Below, one piece after another: positions 29,072 through 39,800 of a stretch of 64,000 nt of DNA (position 1 is its first letter; each line of letters begins with the position of its first letter). The notes beneath the pieces were generated by a model. The model had not been told where the DNA came from, did no database searches, and saw only the letters and a list, made by a program, of their open reading frames with translations. The translations under genes were made by a program, and so were the position numbers. This DNA is from Longimicrobiales bacterium (lineage in GTDB: Bacteria > Gemmatimonadota > Gemmatimonadetes > Longimicrobiales > Gaopeijiaceae): assembly GCA_965219445.1 (NCBI GenBank), contig CBDCNQ010000005.1:576001-640000 (forward strand), written 5' to 3'.

Positions 29072-29840
29072 GAAAGCAGCCTAGTTATCCGAAACCCCTC
29101 GCTCCACCACGGTAGGAGTCCATATTTTTGGTACATGAATCCCAACTAGAGTCCGAGCATGGATCGAGCTGAGGCTCTTGCCGTCGTTGACCGGGCCCTG
29201 AGCAAGTTCCCGGAATTGCGCCGTGTGCGGTGTGGGTCTCCTGTCCATGTGTCGTGGGTGCAGACTACAACCATGGATCTTAGCTGGCGAGCTCGGCGGC
29301 CCGGGGATCGTCAATGCGCACGTTCGTCGAACCTGAGCCGACGATGGCGATTAAGACAGCAGTGCCGACACTCGACGCTCGGCTCGGCTGGCAGCCGAGT
29401 TAAACCGTCCACGAAACTGGATCAAGCCCAGAAGGTGCTGCGCGCCTCCGCCGATTGCGCCACGGCCCTCTTAGACTTGCCACTTGCGCCAGCTCCAATC
29501 GACTATCAGTCTCCGATGGACTTCAAGCGAAGCCGTGACGAGGCAGAATGAGGCCGCCTTCTACTCCACCGCTTCACGGCGGAAGCTTTGGCTCCCCGTT
29601 GCTACGCGAGGAGCCAAGACCAGCTCGGCCTTGCCAGCGCAGCCGCCGTGGTGGGGATGAGCCATGTGCTCGTCGCCATGAATCTGCCACGCGGAGGCGG
29701 GCCATTTCCTGGGCTACCCCCCGCGTGGGGCGATTGGAATCTTCCGTTACCGGCTCGATAGTGTGGGATCCGTTGATCGGGGTCCTTGGGAGGCGGTATC
29801 CTCAAATGAAGGCCATCGGACTCAACTGGAGGTGACTCAA

Positions 29841-30698
29841 ATGCCTTTGTCCTGGCAGTTACATGCCTTCGGAGCCACGCTTGCGATCTGCACCCTGCTC
29901 GGCGGAGCGGAACAAGGTGCGGGTCAACAGCCGGGGTCTTACGGGTGGTACGTGAGCGCGAGCGGCGGGACGAACTGGAATCCCGTCATGAAGCAGGCGG
30001 GCCATAACCGGGACAATATCTGTTACCCGAATGACCTTTGCAGCGGCACGCCCGATGGCTACCGCTGGTTTTACGACCTTCCCTCGGATCTCGGTACTGC
30101 TTTTGAAGTCGCCGTCGGTCGAAATTTCGGCGACGTGCGCGTGGAGGTGTCGGTCTCCCAGCGATCGAACAACGTCGAGCAAGAGTTCACCGACATTACC
30201 TTTCTGGATGGATCTCCGATCCTGCCTAACGAAGACAGCAACTATACGTCGGCCAACACAACCAGGGTCGATGCTCTGGGTGCGCGCACGCTGTCCCTGA
30301 ACGCCTATCACGACTTCGCGTTCGCAGAAAGCCGGGTCATGCTTTACCTGGGCGCCGGACTGGGCCTGTCCTTCATCGAATTGTCCGGGCTGTATTTCAG
30401 CAGCGAATATTCCTGCATCAATCCGCCGTGCGACGGTCGTCCCGCGGCGGAGTACAACAGTCTGCAGGACGTTGATCTGTCCGACAGCGGGCTTGCGAAG
30501 CAGCTCTTTGCCGGTGCCGACTATCGTTTGGGCGACAAGCTCCTGCTCGGCCTGAAGGCGTCCTACAGCTGGGTCCACGACCTTGTGGACACGAGTCCTT
30601 ACGAGGTGCATCCGTTTCCTATAATGAACGACACTGAAATCAGTGGCATCAATCCCTGGTCGATGATGCTCGGCTTCAAGTACCTGCTCGGCGAGTGA
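29841..30698 (+). CDS. Outer-membrane beta-barrel protein
   Basis: GGAGG RBS, signal peptide, NAYHDF, YLGAGLG, GADY, GFKYL. Confidence 0.8.
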   Translation: MPLSWQLHAFGATLAICTLLGGAEQGAGQQPGSYGWYVSASGGTNWNPVMKQAGHNRDNICYPNDLCSGTPDGYRWFYDLPSDLGTAFEVAVGRNFGDVRVEVSVSQRSNNVEQEFTDITFLDGSPILPNEDSNYTSANTTRVDALGARTLSLNAYHDFAFAESRVMLYLGAGLGLSFIELSGLYFSSEYSCINPPCDGRPAAEYNSLQDVDLSDSGLAKQLFAGADYRLGDKLLLGLKASYSWVHDLVDTSPYEVHPFPIMNDTEISGINPWSMMLGFKYLLGE

Positions 30699-31029
30699 GG
30701 GGTCGTCCCGACGGATATTGACATGCCACGCGTCGGTGCGGTCCGACCACTACGCGGCCAGCGCTTTGGGATCAACATTGCCTAGTTTTCCACGGTGAGC
30801 CTGCAGGGCTGTTCGGAGCGCAGACTTTGCTCGTGTGTCCTCGGCGAGTTCCCCATTGATTTGGCCGACGAGACCTCTAGTGGCCTCTCCTAGTCCGCGT
30901 CCCCTCAACCGACCCCAGCAGCTGCCTGCCGCCATATGTCCTTCGTGTGGCGCGCGACTCAGGACGCACCGGCAAGAGGGACGGGGGGCGAGCCAGCCGC
31001 CCGTGACCTCCGCCGGAGCGCGGGCGTCC

Positions 31030-31141
31030 AGGGGATCGAAGGGGGGCGGAGCCACCCCTCGCCAGCCCCTGCCGGGGACCCGCGAAGCGTGGCCCCAAAG
31101 GGTAGGCTGGCTCTTGCACCGTAAGGTGCTCCGAGCCAGCC
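31030..31141 (-). promoter_or_regulatory. oriT-like site (inverted)
   Basis: Close to the reverse complement of 1307-1415. Confidence 0.5.
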
Positions 31142-31486
31142 CGGCGGACGCCGCCGAAGCAGCGGGGGAGGGCTTCGGCTGTGACCCGTCCAGATAGGCC
31201 CGCCCAAGCTATCTGCCGCAGTAACGCGGCTGCGGACTGCCGCAGACCCGGAACACGGCACTCCGGTTCGAATATTCCCAGCATCGTTCGTGCGCAGGCC
31301 GACGTCCGGTCGAGATCCGCACCCATTGACGGAGCCTTCGGCGAAGGCCGACGGGGCGTTTGGCAAGCCGCTGGCGGCGGTGTCCAACAGCCCCTGTACC
31401 GTACTGAACGTCTCTGAACGCCACAGGCATTTAGGAGGTTTTCTACGGGTTGACTTCCTTGCAAACGGCTCCTCACCGTTAGGGGC

Positions 31487-32023
31487 ATGAAGACGCTGAA
31501 GCAGCAGTTCAACTCGGCGGCGAGCGGAGCCATCGTCCACCTGCGGGGACGCGAACGGGCACTCGAGGGATTTGGCTGGGCGGGCCGTCAGGCCGAGTGG
31601 ATCGCCTTGGCCTGTCTCCATGGCGGCGTGTTCACTCGGGCTCAGTGGACGAGCTTTCTGGGTTGCCACCACGAAAAGGTGCGCCGCGCCGTCCGCGTCC
31701 TCGTCGCGCAGGGCGTGGCCGTCGAAGAGGATCCGCCCGGCATCGACGGCATCGGTCGAGTGTGCCGAATCCACGCGCGCCGGATCTACCGGGCGCTCGG
31801 CGCCGGGAACCGCCGCCGCCGCCGGATCACCTCCACGGAAGTGCTGATGCGGCGCCTGCTCTCGCTCGACTATGTGCTTGATCATTCCCGCCTGCCTTGG
31901 CTCCCGACCGAGCCGGAGAAGGTCGCCGCCTTCGAGGCGCTCGGCATCGAGCGCAGCATCCTGCCCGTCCGGGTGTACCGGGGCGCCGCAGGCGAGACGC
32001 GGCGCTACTTCCCGCTCAAGTAG
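31487..32023 (+). pseudogene. 3'-truncated ICE wHTH gene
   Basis: Matches 19505-20440 up to RRYFPLK, then stops at an att-like junction. Confidence 0.85.
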
Positions 32024-32025
32024 CG
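32003..32025. mobile_element. att-like junction: 8-bp inverted repeat around a 7-bp spacer
   Basis: CGCTACTT-CCCGCTC-AAGTAGCG, followed by AT-richer DNA and an integrase. Confidence 0.7.
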
Positions 32026-32199
32026 TAGTATGATCGTCCATTTCATCCCATGCTGTCCCATAATGTACCATAACTCGGGTTATATCAACGCTATACAGCA
32101 CGTATGGACCGTGTTCACAGACTCCCTCTTGCGCCGATTCGTACCGTGTTGTACCATGGTGTATCCGTCGATATGTGATACACAAGTAGGACACCATAC

Positions 32200-33384
32200 A
32201 TGCGTAAACGACCGCTTACGGCTGTCTTCGTGGCACGGGTGACGACGCCGGGACGCTACGGCGACGGGGGGCGCGGCGGACTCGGGCTGTACCTCCGCGT
32301 CCACCGAATGAAGTCGGGGCGCGTCTCCAAGTCCTGGGGCCAGCGCGTTCGAGCGGGAGGGAAGCCCACCAATCTCGGACTGGGCTCGTATCCGGTCGTG
32401 ACGCTCAAGGAAGCGAGGGAGGAGGCGCTGGAGAACAGGCGCGCGCTCCATTGGGGCCACGATCCGAGAGCCGCCGGGGTTCCCACCTTCGAGGCGGCCG
32501 TCGAGAAGGTGATCGTGATCCACTCGCCGACCTGGAAGAGCCCTTCCCGCATCGCCGGACAGTGGCGGCAGACGCTGAGGGACTACGCCCATCCGCGCAT
32601 CGGCCGAAAGCGCGTGAGCGAGGTCGCGACGGCCGACGTGCTCGCGATCCTACAGCCCATCTGGTCAAGCAAGCCCGCAGCGGCGAGGGTCGTGCGTCAG
32701 CGGATCGGCGCGGTGATGAAGTGGGCCGTCGCGAAGGGCTACCGGTCGGACAACCCGGCGGGTGACGCCATCGCCGCCGCGCTGCCGCGGAACGGCAACG
32801 CCACCCGGCATCACCAGGCGCTCCCGCATGGCGAGGTGTCGGCGGCGCTGGTCAAGGTCCGCAACTCGGGGTCCCATGCCGGTGTCCGGCTGGCGCTCGA
32901 GTTCATGGTCCTGACCGCGACTCGCTCGAACGAGGTCCGGGGCGCGACGTGGGACGAGTTCGATCACGATGTCTGGACCATTCCCGCCAGCCGCATGAAG
33001 GCGAAGCGCGAGCACCGGGTTCCCCTGTCGAGGCGGGCCTTGGAGATCCTTGAGGAAGCCCGGAAGCGCCACGACGACGGCGAGATCGTCTTCCGGGGCG
33101 CGAAGGGAGGAGGCATCAACGCCTCGCTGTTCAGCGGCTTGCTCCGGGGTCTCGGCATCGAGGGAACGCCTCACGGGATGAGGTCCTCGTTCCGCGACTG
33201 GTGTTCGGAGACGGGCGTGGCGCGCGAGGTGGCCGAAGCGGCGCTGGCCCATGTCGTGAAGAACAAGGTCGAGGCCGCCTACGCCCGTTCCGACCTGCTG
33301 GACCGGAGGCGCGAGGTCATGGAGGCCTGGGCTGCGTACCTGGTCGGCGAGCGCCGGTCCGCTGAGGCCGATCCGGTCTGCTGA
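32200..33384 (+). CDS. P4-type tyrosine integrase
   Basis: TATRSNE, EHRVPL, HGMRSSFR, LAH, AAY. Confidence 0.92.
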   Translation: MRKRPLTAVFVARVTTPGRYGDGGRGGLGLYLRVHRMKSGRVSKSWGQRVRAGGKPTNLGLGSYPVVTLKEAREEALENRRALHWGHDPRAAGVPTFEAAVEKVIVIHSPTWKSPSRIAGQWRQTLRDYAHPRIGRKRVSEVATADVLAILQPIWSSKPAAARVVRQRIGAVMKWAVAKGYRSDNPAGDAIAAALPRNGNATRHHQALPHGEVSAALVKVRNSGSHAGVRLALEFMVLTATRSNEVRGATWDEFDHDVWTIPASRMKAKREHRVPLSRRALEILEEARKRHDDGEIVFRGAKGGGINASLFSGLLRGLGIEGTPHGMRSSFRDWCSETGVAREVAEAALAHVVKNKVEAAYARSDLLDRRREVMEAWAAYLVGERRSAEADPVC

Positions 33385-33429
33385 GGCGCTGGCTCATGAC
33401 CCGTTACCTGTCAGGAGCCAGCCTACCGG

Positions 33430-33956
33430 TCCTCCGGGATCGGCTCGCCGAGCTCGAGATCCCGTTCGAGACCGAGGAGAGCGAGGGCGGTGCGGGCAGC
33501 GAACTCAGGGAGCAGGTGGAGGCGATCGAGCGCTGGTACCTGAACGACTGGGTGGCACTCGATGCCAAGCTCCGCACCTCCATCGTGGAAGGCATCTCGG
33601 TCTTCCTGTCGCTGTTCGATCAGTCCGGCGTGGCCGGAGTGTTCTGTCCGCCGCCTCCGGAGCCGGATGAATCTACATCTATACATATAGGTGACGGTGC
33701 GCCCGGCGAGGACGCCGCGGCCGTCCGGCCCATGTCGGGCCCCCGCCGCCGGCTGCCGCCGCTCACGGAGCTGATCGAAGGGGGCCGGGTCGTGGCCCTC
33801 AACATGCCTGCGGGCGCGAACCCGGCGCTCGGCCGCGCCATCGGCGTGCTGCTCAAGAACGCCTGGATGCAGGCGCTGCTCCGGCGGCCCGCAGAGGCCG
33901 CCCGCCGGCCCGGACGCTACCTCCGGCCCGCAGTGTTCATCTGCGACGAGTACCAG
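33430..33956 (+). pseudogene. virD4: Third virD4 fragment, ending at the Walker B core
   Basis: ...VEAIERWYL...FICDEYQ, then satellite-type end sequence. Confidence 0.88.
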
Positions 33957-34250
33957 TCGGATGTGTTATGGATAATAACACCATGTGGCATAACAGTTTA
34001 TGGTGTCGCTTGTCCCCCGTCGATCACCCTTGAGATCACCCTTTTCGCGGCGGGTAGCGGAATCCCATGGAGCAGTTCCGTTCGCCGTTCGGTCGTTCGG
34101 CCGTCCTGTGGGACCCGGCCTCGTCCCATAGCGACTTCCGGCAACTCAAGTTCGACGGCGGCCGCATCTCGGGGGATGAGGCACGCTTCTCGAAGCGGTC
34201 GCTGCTCGCCGTGTTCCAGCCATCGAGGCTCCTCCGCGGCCGGGTGGAGC
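33948..34250 (-). mobile_element. End of a second virD4-targeting satellite with an HU remnant
   Basis: GAGTACCAG core, GATCACCCT at 34022 and 34034, similar to inverted 11050-11281; VFQPSRLLRGRVER HU tail. Confidence 0.85.
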
Positions 34251-34570
34251 GAGGGTGCCGGGCCGCCGGGGCCGGTGGACCTCCCGAGGGCGGTCGGCGG
34301 ACGAAGCCCGTCAGTGCGGATGAGCGAGGGCTGGTGTGAGCTCTGCGACGACCGCTGGCAACTGACGATCGCACAGCATAAGGGTTCCACGTTCGTCGAT
34401 GTATCGTGCCCAGATGATGCCGTCCCGAACCCTTAGAGGCCGTCAGAGCCGACTTTTCGACGCCGGGAGGGGTCTAGGCCATCCGAAACCGGGGCAATTC
34501 TGAGGGCAATCCAGCGGCGAGCTCTAGGGGAGTACAGTAGCCGCGGGCTTTTTCCGACCGGGATGCAGAG

Positions 34571-35134
34571 TCAACAGTAGCCCTCGTTCACCCGCAGGTA
34601 CTGCAGGATGAACTCGTCTAGGATCTCCGACAGGCGCTCCTGCATAAGGTGGCGCGGGAGCCCATGCATACTCTCGAGCCTAAACACCCCATGCGGCGCA
34701 CTCATCCCGCTTGCGGGGTCGTAGAAAGTCTTCTCGAGAGTTACAACGCCGATTTGCACCACTACTCCATTCGTGAACGGCCCATTGCCAAACACCATGC
34801 TCACATTCAACCGGGGCAGCGTTGTTGGCTGGTAAGGGTCAGAGTCCCCCACGCCCGCATACAGCCTGGCTCCCCGTAGGCGGCTTTCCGCCAGCCTCGC
34901 GGCGCGCTCCCCGAGTATCCTCCATGCCGCTATTCTCTCGTCGTAGGAGCCTTCTATCGAGCGGTCCATCGCGGACACGTTGAGATACACCGGCGCGCAC
35001 TCGGTGAACAGCGCGAAGCGGGCGTGGTCGGCAGCCCTCGCAGCCATCGCAGCACGAATCTCCTCGACTGTCGTTTGGCCCGCCAGCGGCGCGGCGAGCG
35101 CAAGGATGGCCAGAGCGAGCAGGGATAGGCGCAT
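34571..35134 (-). CDS. Secreted hypothetical protein
   Basis: Signal peptide MRLSLLALAILALAAPLAG; GAGGAGG RBS. Confidence 0.75.
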   Translation of the reverse strand: MRLSLLALAILALAAPLAGQTTVEEIRAAMAARAADHARFALFTECAPVYLNVSAMDRSIEGSYDERIAAWRILGERAARLAESRLRGARLYAGVGDSDPYQPTTLPRLNVSMVFGNGPFTNGVVVQIGVVTLEKTFYDPASGMSAPHGVFRLESMHGLPRHLMQERLSEILDEFILQYLRVNEGYC

Positions 35135-35199
35135 GGGTTCTTTCCTCCTCGTGCCCGTCTCAGTCGGCTAGTCCTGCGGCAGGGAGAGCTCGGCAGGGC

Positions 35200-35375
35200 C
35201 GGGAACGCCGGACGTGGGCGCTATTTTCGCCTCGATCCGAGCGACCCGCTCCCGCAGGTCTCCTACGATGGGCTTCCAGTGCGGCTAGGCGAGCCTCGAT
35301 CCTGGCGTGACCCGTGAAGGTCAACCCCGCGAGCCCGACCCCTACCGGGATGATGGCGACGATTTCTCCGCTCAT
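35200..35375 (-). pseudogene. Small TM/coiled-coil protein, frameshifted
   Basis: MSGEIVAIIPVGVGLAGL..., continuing as LRERVARIEA in another frame. Confidence 0.4.
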
Positions 35376-35659
35376 GTTCAGATAGTAGCGGGCCAGTCGA
35401 GCAGGCACCATCTGGAGTCATAGACTGGTGCCAGGCTGCGGTGTCGGGGCCGCAGTCAGTGGACTGATCCAGACCTACGTGGGGAGAGGCTGGGGCTTGT
35501 GGATCCCGTATACGAAGCGTTCCGGGTGTTGGGACTACACCAAGCCGCGCTGGGTCAGCGATGCTTCCGGCTGAACGAAACGGCCAAAGCGAACGCGCAC
35601 CAACAACCCCCGGGCGTGTGCGTTCCCGGCCGCTGTGACGGCACCGCAGGCGCGGACTA

Positions 35660-35730
35660 ACGTGCTTAAGCCAGCATACCCTTTGTACCCACAAAGGGGC
35701 TGGCGAGGGGCTCCGCCCCTTCGATCCCGA
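35660..35730 (+). promoter_or_regulatory. oriT-like site variant
   Basis: TTAAGCCAGCATA-CCCTTTGT..ACAAAGGG-GCTGGCGAGGGG. Confidence 0.45.
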
Positions 35731-35962
35731 AGGACGCCCGCGCTCCGCTGCGGCGTGCGTGCTCGCCCAGCGGAGTACCGAAGGCCCGAATCACGGCAGG
35801 AGATCACGTAAGTCTAATCAGGACTGCACGATCTGCCACTCTTGCCGTTGGGCTATATCCGTTTCCGTCAGATCATGATGGCGGGAAAAACAGGGTTGAT
35901 CAGCGGGAATCCGGACTAGCTTAGAGTGCTCTTGTCGGCGGTCGAAGGATCATCGCGGCGGC

Positions 35963-36670
35963 CTACAAGGGAGAGGGTTCCCATGAGGACTGGTCCTCTT
36001 TCATCCGGTAGTGTGACACACGCGAGCCGACCAGACGCCCTGGGTCCAGTGGATGCTTGGCGAACGGGTTGTGGTACACAGCCAAAGCATACTCGGGGTC
36101 TCCTGCCGTGTCCGGTGATTCCGGCCCGGACAGACCGAAAGGAATCGCGACGCCATCGAAGAACTCGCGCAGCACGGCGATGCAGGACACCGATGTGTTC
36201 ATCTCGGGAGTCAGCTTCTTGCCGGGACCTGGTCGTTCGCGGATAGGAACGATAGGCGAGCCCTGATCTGTCGGAACGTAGTACTCGATGACATCCAGAC
36301 CGCGCATGGCGGTGAGCACGGCGTAGGGGTCGTCGTGTAGTGTGCATGGGGTACGGTTGTACACGACCACCATTCCCGGGTCAGACTGTCCAAGCGCCTT
36401 TAGCTGATTGTTGGCCTTCGGGATCACCTGACGCAGCCGATGTCCCGGTTTGCCGCCTAGCACGCCTGACCCCCTTCCTTGTGCTGCTTCCTGTTCCTCC
36501 GGATTCGGATCGAATTGCTTGACCTCCACTACGATACCAGCACTATCCCCCAACTGGAGGCGGAAATCGGGCACCTTGCTGCCCTCCGCCACGGAGTGCT
36601 CGTCAATCCTCTCGACCCGCCAGCCTTGAGACTTGCAGAAGCGGCGAAAAAGTTCTTCGGACTCGGTCAT
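35963..36670 (-). CDS. PD-(D/E)XK nuclease-like protein
   Basis: ESEELF...PDF...VVEVK. Confidence 0.65.
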   Translation of the reverse strand: MTESEELFRRFCKSQGWRVERIDEHSVAEGSKVPDFRLQLGDSAGIVVEVKQFDPNPEEQEAAQGRGSGVLGGKPGHRLRQVIPKANNQLKALGQSDPGMVVVYNRTPCTLHDDPYAVLTAMRGLDVIEYYVPTDQGSPIVPIRERPGPGKKLTPEMNTSVSCIAVLREFFDGVAIPFGLSGPESPDTAGDPEYALAVYHNPFAKHPLDPGRLVGSRVSHYRMKEDQSSWEPSPL

Positions 36671-36848
36671 CCGGCGTTCTATCTTTCAAATGAAGTTTCG
36701 AGGAGCTCAAGAGATCAAAGATAAACAGGCCGGCCGCGTCCGCGAGTCGGGCGATCAGTCGCGCCCGGGACTGTGACCGCGATCCGCAGTCCGCCCGCCC
36801 TGAAGCCTGCGGGCTCGACGGCCTCGGTCGTTTGACCCTTCGCGCGCC

Positions 36849-39800
36849 CTATTGGGGAAGCGCTTGTTCCAGCAACTCGTAATCCGTCACGAGATCCAAC
36901 ACATCTCGCGCCTTTCCGGAAAACTGCATCGGAGCGAGTTGCTCTGTCACCAGCGCCGACCGCAACTGCAATCGGTCTACGGGAACACCTACGAAGTCCG
37001 CAAGCCGTTGGCGATTGGCTTCAAGAAACGAAACACGGTCGAGGTGCCTCTGCAATGGCGTGCGTTTCCCGTCAACAGTTCCGGCAGAGTACTCTTTCAA
37101 GCGCTCCCCGATCTCGCCGCAGGTGCGGTCGCAACGGAGGCTCTTGCACTCGACAGCGTACACCAGCCCGGTAGCCGGTTGCCATGCCAAGACATCCACA
37201 TCTCCGAGCGACTGGCCGCCTCCGAATCGCGTGAGCCTCACTTCCCCCTTCGTCTTCCACCGCAACTCGCCGAGCCGTTCGGCTACCCTGCGCGCGAACT
37301 CATGCCCATTCCTATCTGCCGCTCTTCCTATACAGGCGCCCATCTCTGGACTGTCAAAGAGGGTCCCTGGAAGTTCGCCGAATGCCGCTTGGTGTAGGTA
37401 GCGCAACGTCCCAGCAAGTATCGAAGGCACCACGGTCACGAAGGGATCGGCCTCCATCGACAATTGGACGAGCGGACGGCGCATGATGGACAGACGGCGG
37501 TTGTATCGCCACGGCCACCAGTCTCTTGCCCTGGCGTTGTCAGGATCATCCTCATTCCACCGAGATCTAGGAACAAGCGCAAATGCTTCGAATACACGCT
37601 CCGGATTCATCACGCCGACATGTCGTAGCCGCTGGACGACTTCGCTTCTCCTGAGCCGCAAATGGGCGCCGTTCGCCTCCAAGGCTTCCACCGTGAGTCG
37701 ATGGACAAACGTCCCGTACTGTTCTGGGCTCAGGCCAAACTCGGCGAGAAAGGCGGATGGGAACTCCGGGTCTGCCACTCCATCCTCGCCTGCGCTCATA
37801 CCGTCGACTTCGTCATCCGTCGCCGCATCCCGAAATGTTCGCTGCCAATGTTCGGTTATCAGCAGACCTGTCGCCGCTGCGGTTGACTCGTCGAATCCGA
37901 AGGAACCATTCGGGTGCATGACCGGCGGGTGCGTCGCTAAACCGTAGTGCAACGCGTCGCTTTGCCCGGCACATTCCAGAAGCGTCGCAACCTCCGCAAC
38001 CAGAAGGTCGAGGTCCGTCCCCGAGCAGGGTGATCCGGTACCGTACGGCGATGTGCACAGCGCCATCTCCGCAATGATCCGGCAAGCCAGACCGGCGGTA
38101 TCCCGGCGAAGGACGTGCTCGTTCGCGGCACCCCTGACCTGCGCATGGTCGTAGAGGGCGAGTTGCGCCGCCGTCGACCGCAGCCAATCCCGATGCTCCT
38201 TCCGGGCCGCGACGTAATTCAAGAGCGATCGTTCGATCACGCTTTCTCGGGAGAGATCGACGAGCCGCGATCTGATGCGCTGCCAAAGCTCAACCACCGC
38301 ATCATTGAGAAGCGCGACGGCACGGGCCGACGGAATGGGGCCTGGTTTGCCCTGGTATCCGGCCCGGCGCCCAAGCTCGAAACGGCTCCAAGCCCAATCT
38401 TCCGGCATCAAGAGGCGCAACTTCGGAAGCGCGGCAACGTCATAGATCGCATCTTCCGGCGTGCTGCTCGGTGTCATCTTGAGGAAACGGGCGCTTTCGG
38501 ATCCGACCATGTCGCCCACCCATTCCTCCAGGTCAGCATCGGAAACAGCCTGGTTGCCGCACAGCGAATCCACGCCTCGCACCAACGACTCAATCATCAG
38601 GCGGTCGCCGAGATTGCCCGCGCTTAGAAAGCAACGTAAGTACTGCGACGTGCAGTCGATGGCGATCCCTCCGCCTTCTACAGCCACCGCAGGTGCTACT
38701 GGTGCCTCCGGCATCTGAATGCCCCGTTGATCGAACGTCTCGATGTCTGGGAAACGGACCCTAATGGCTACAGGACCGGACGGCAGCGTGGTGTTCCGGT
38801 CTTCGAGCAGGGGGACCAAGCGGACCAGCCAGCCGAGGACCATCGCCAGAACGCCGAACGCGACATCGAGGTGCCATCCGGCTTCCGGAAGCTGGCTGCA
38901 TTGGACCCACCATGGTCGCGAGGCGGATTCTACGCAGGCCAGAGGTTCTCCGTGAGCCCAATGCCTGCGACTGAGGAATACCAGGCGACCCCGTGCCTCG
39001 TCGAAATATTCGCCTGTCGGATCGCGCTGGACATCCACCCATGAGTTGCCATCGGGACCCACCGAAGCGTGTCGATCGAGCGCAGTGCGCACCTTGTGGC
39101 GCAGCGGCAAGATAAAGTCGCTGTGCAGGAGCATCGGACCCGGGCTAAAGTTCTCCGGCACGAGCTCAAACCCAACGTGATCCGCGAAGGCCGCCAAGTT
39201 CAAGAAACCGCGCAGATTCGGAAAGACGACGCCCGCTGCTTCCAATTCGTCGACCATCTGGAGAAGCTTCCAGGCCCGCATCGCGGTGAAGTCCGTTTCG
39301 CTTCCCAAGAGCATGAAATCAGGCGCAGATATGCAAAGCTGATGCCAGCCGTCTGGAAGATCTCCCCATACCGGCGCAAACTCACGGCCGATGCCGCCAT
39401 GAACCAGCACCGTCAGGCCTCTCCGGCAACGGTCTTCGCGGGCAAGCTCAGCCGCCCGGTCATGGATTCTTTCCCAGACGGCGTCCTCAAGCCTGTGAAC
39501 GCTTGCTAGTCCCTCCCTGGCGATCTCCTCGAAATCATCGGGAACAAAGACTACATGGACATACGCGTCCTCATCGAAGGCTCCGACGAACTCCCTCATG
39601 CCATCGTCTGGATCACGCTCGAGCATCCTCACGTATTCGATGCCCCAGTCTGGCCTTCCCAATAGGAACGCCTCGATGAACTGCTCCAGGTGGCAGGTCG
39701 ATTGAAACAGCCGCAGGTCCCCCGCCGCTGTAGCCTGCTCAATCACGAAGCGCCTGATCGCTGCCCCGATGCCTGTCGGAAGCGCCACCGTCGTCTGGCC

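Noticed and set aside
26071..30698. DGR, retron or group II intron
   Set aside because: No TR/VR pair, accessory gene, retron motifs, maturase domain or intron domain V seen by eye
34380..34440. TAAGGGTTC/GAACCCTTA inverted repeat as a res site
   Set aside because: No resolvase nearby; single occurrence
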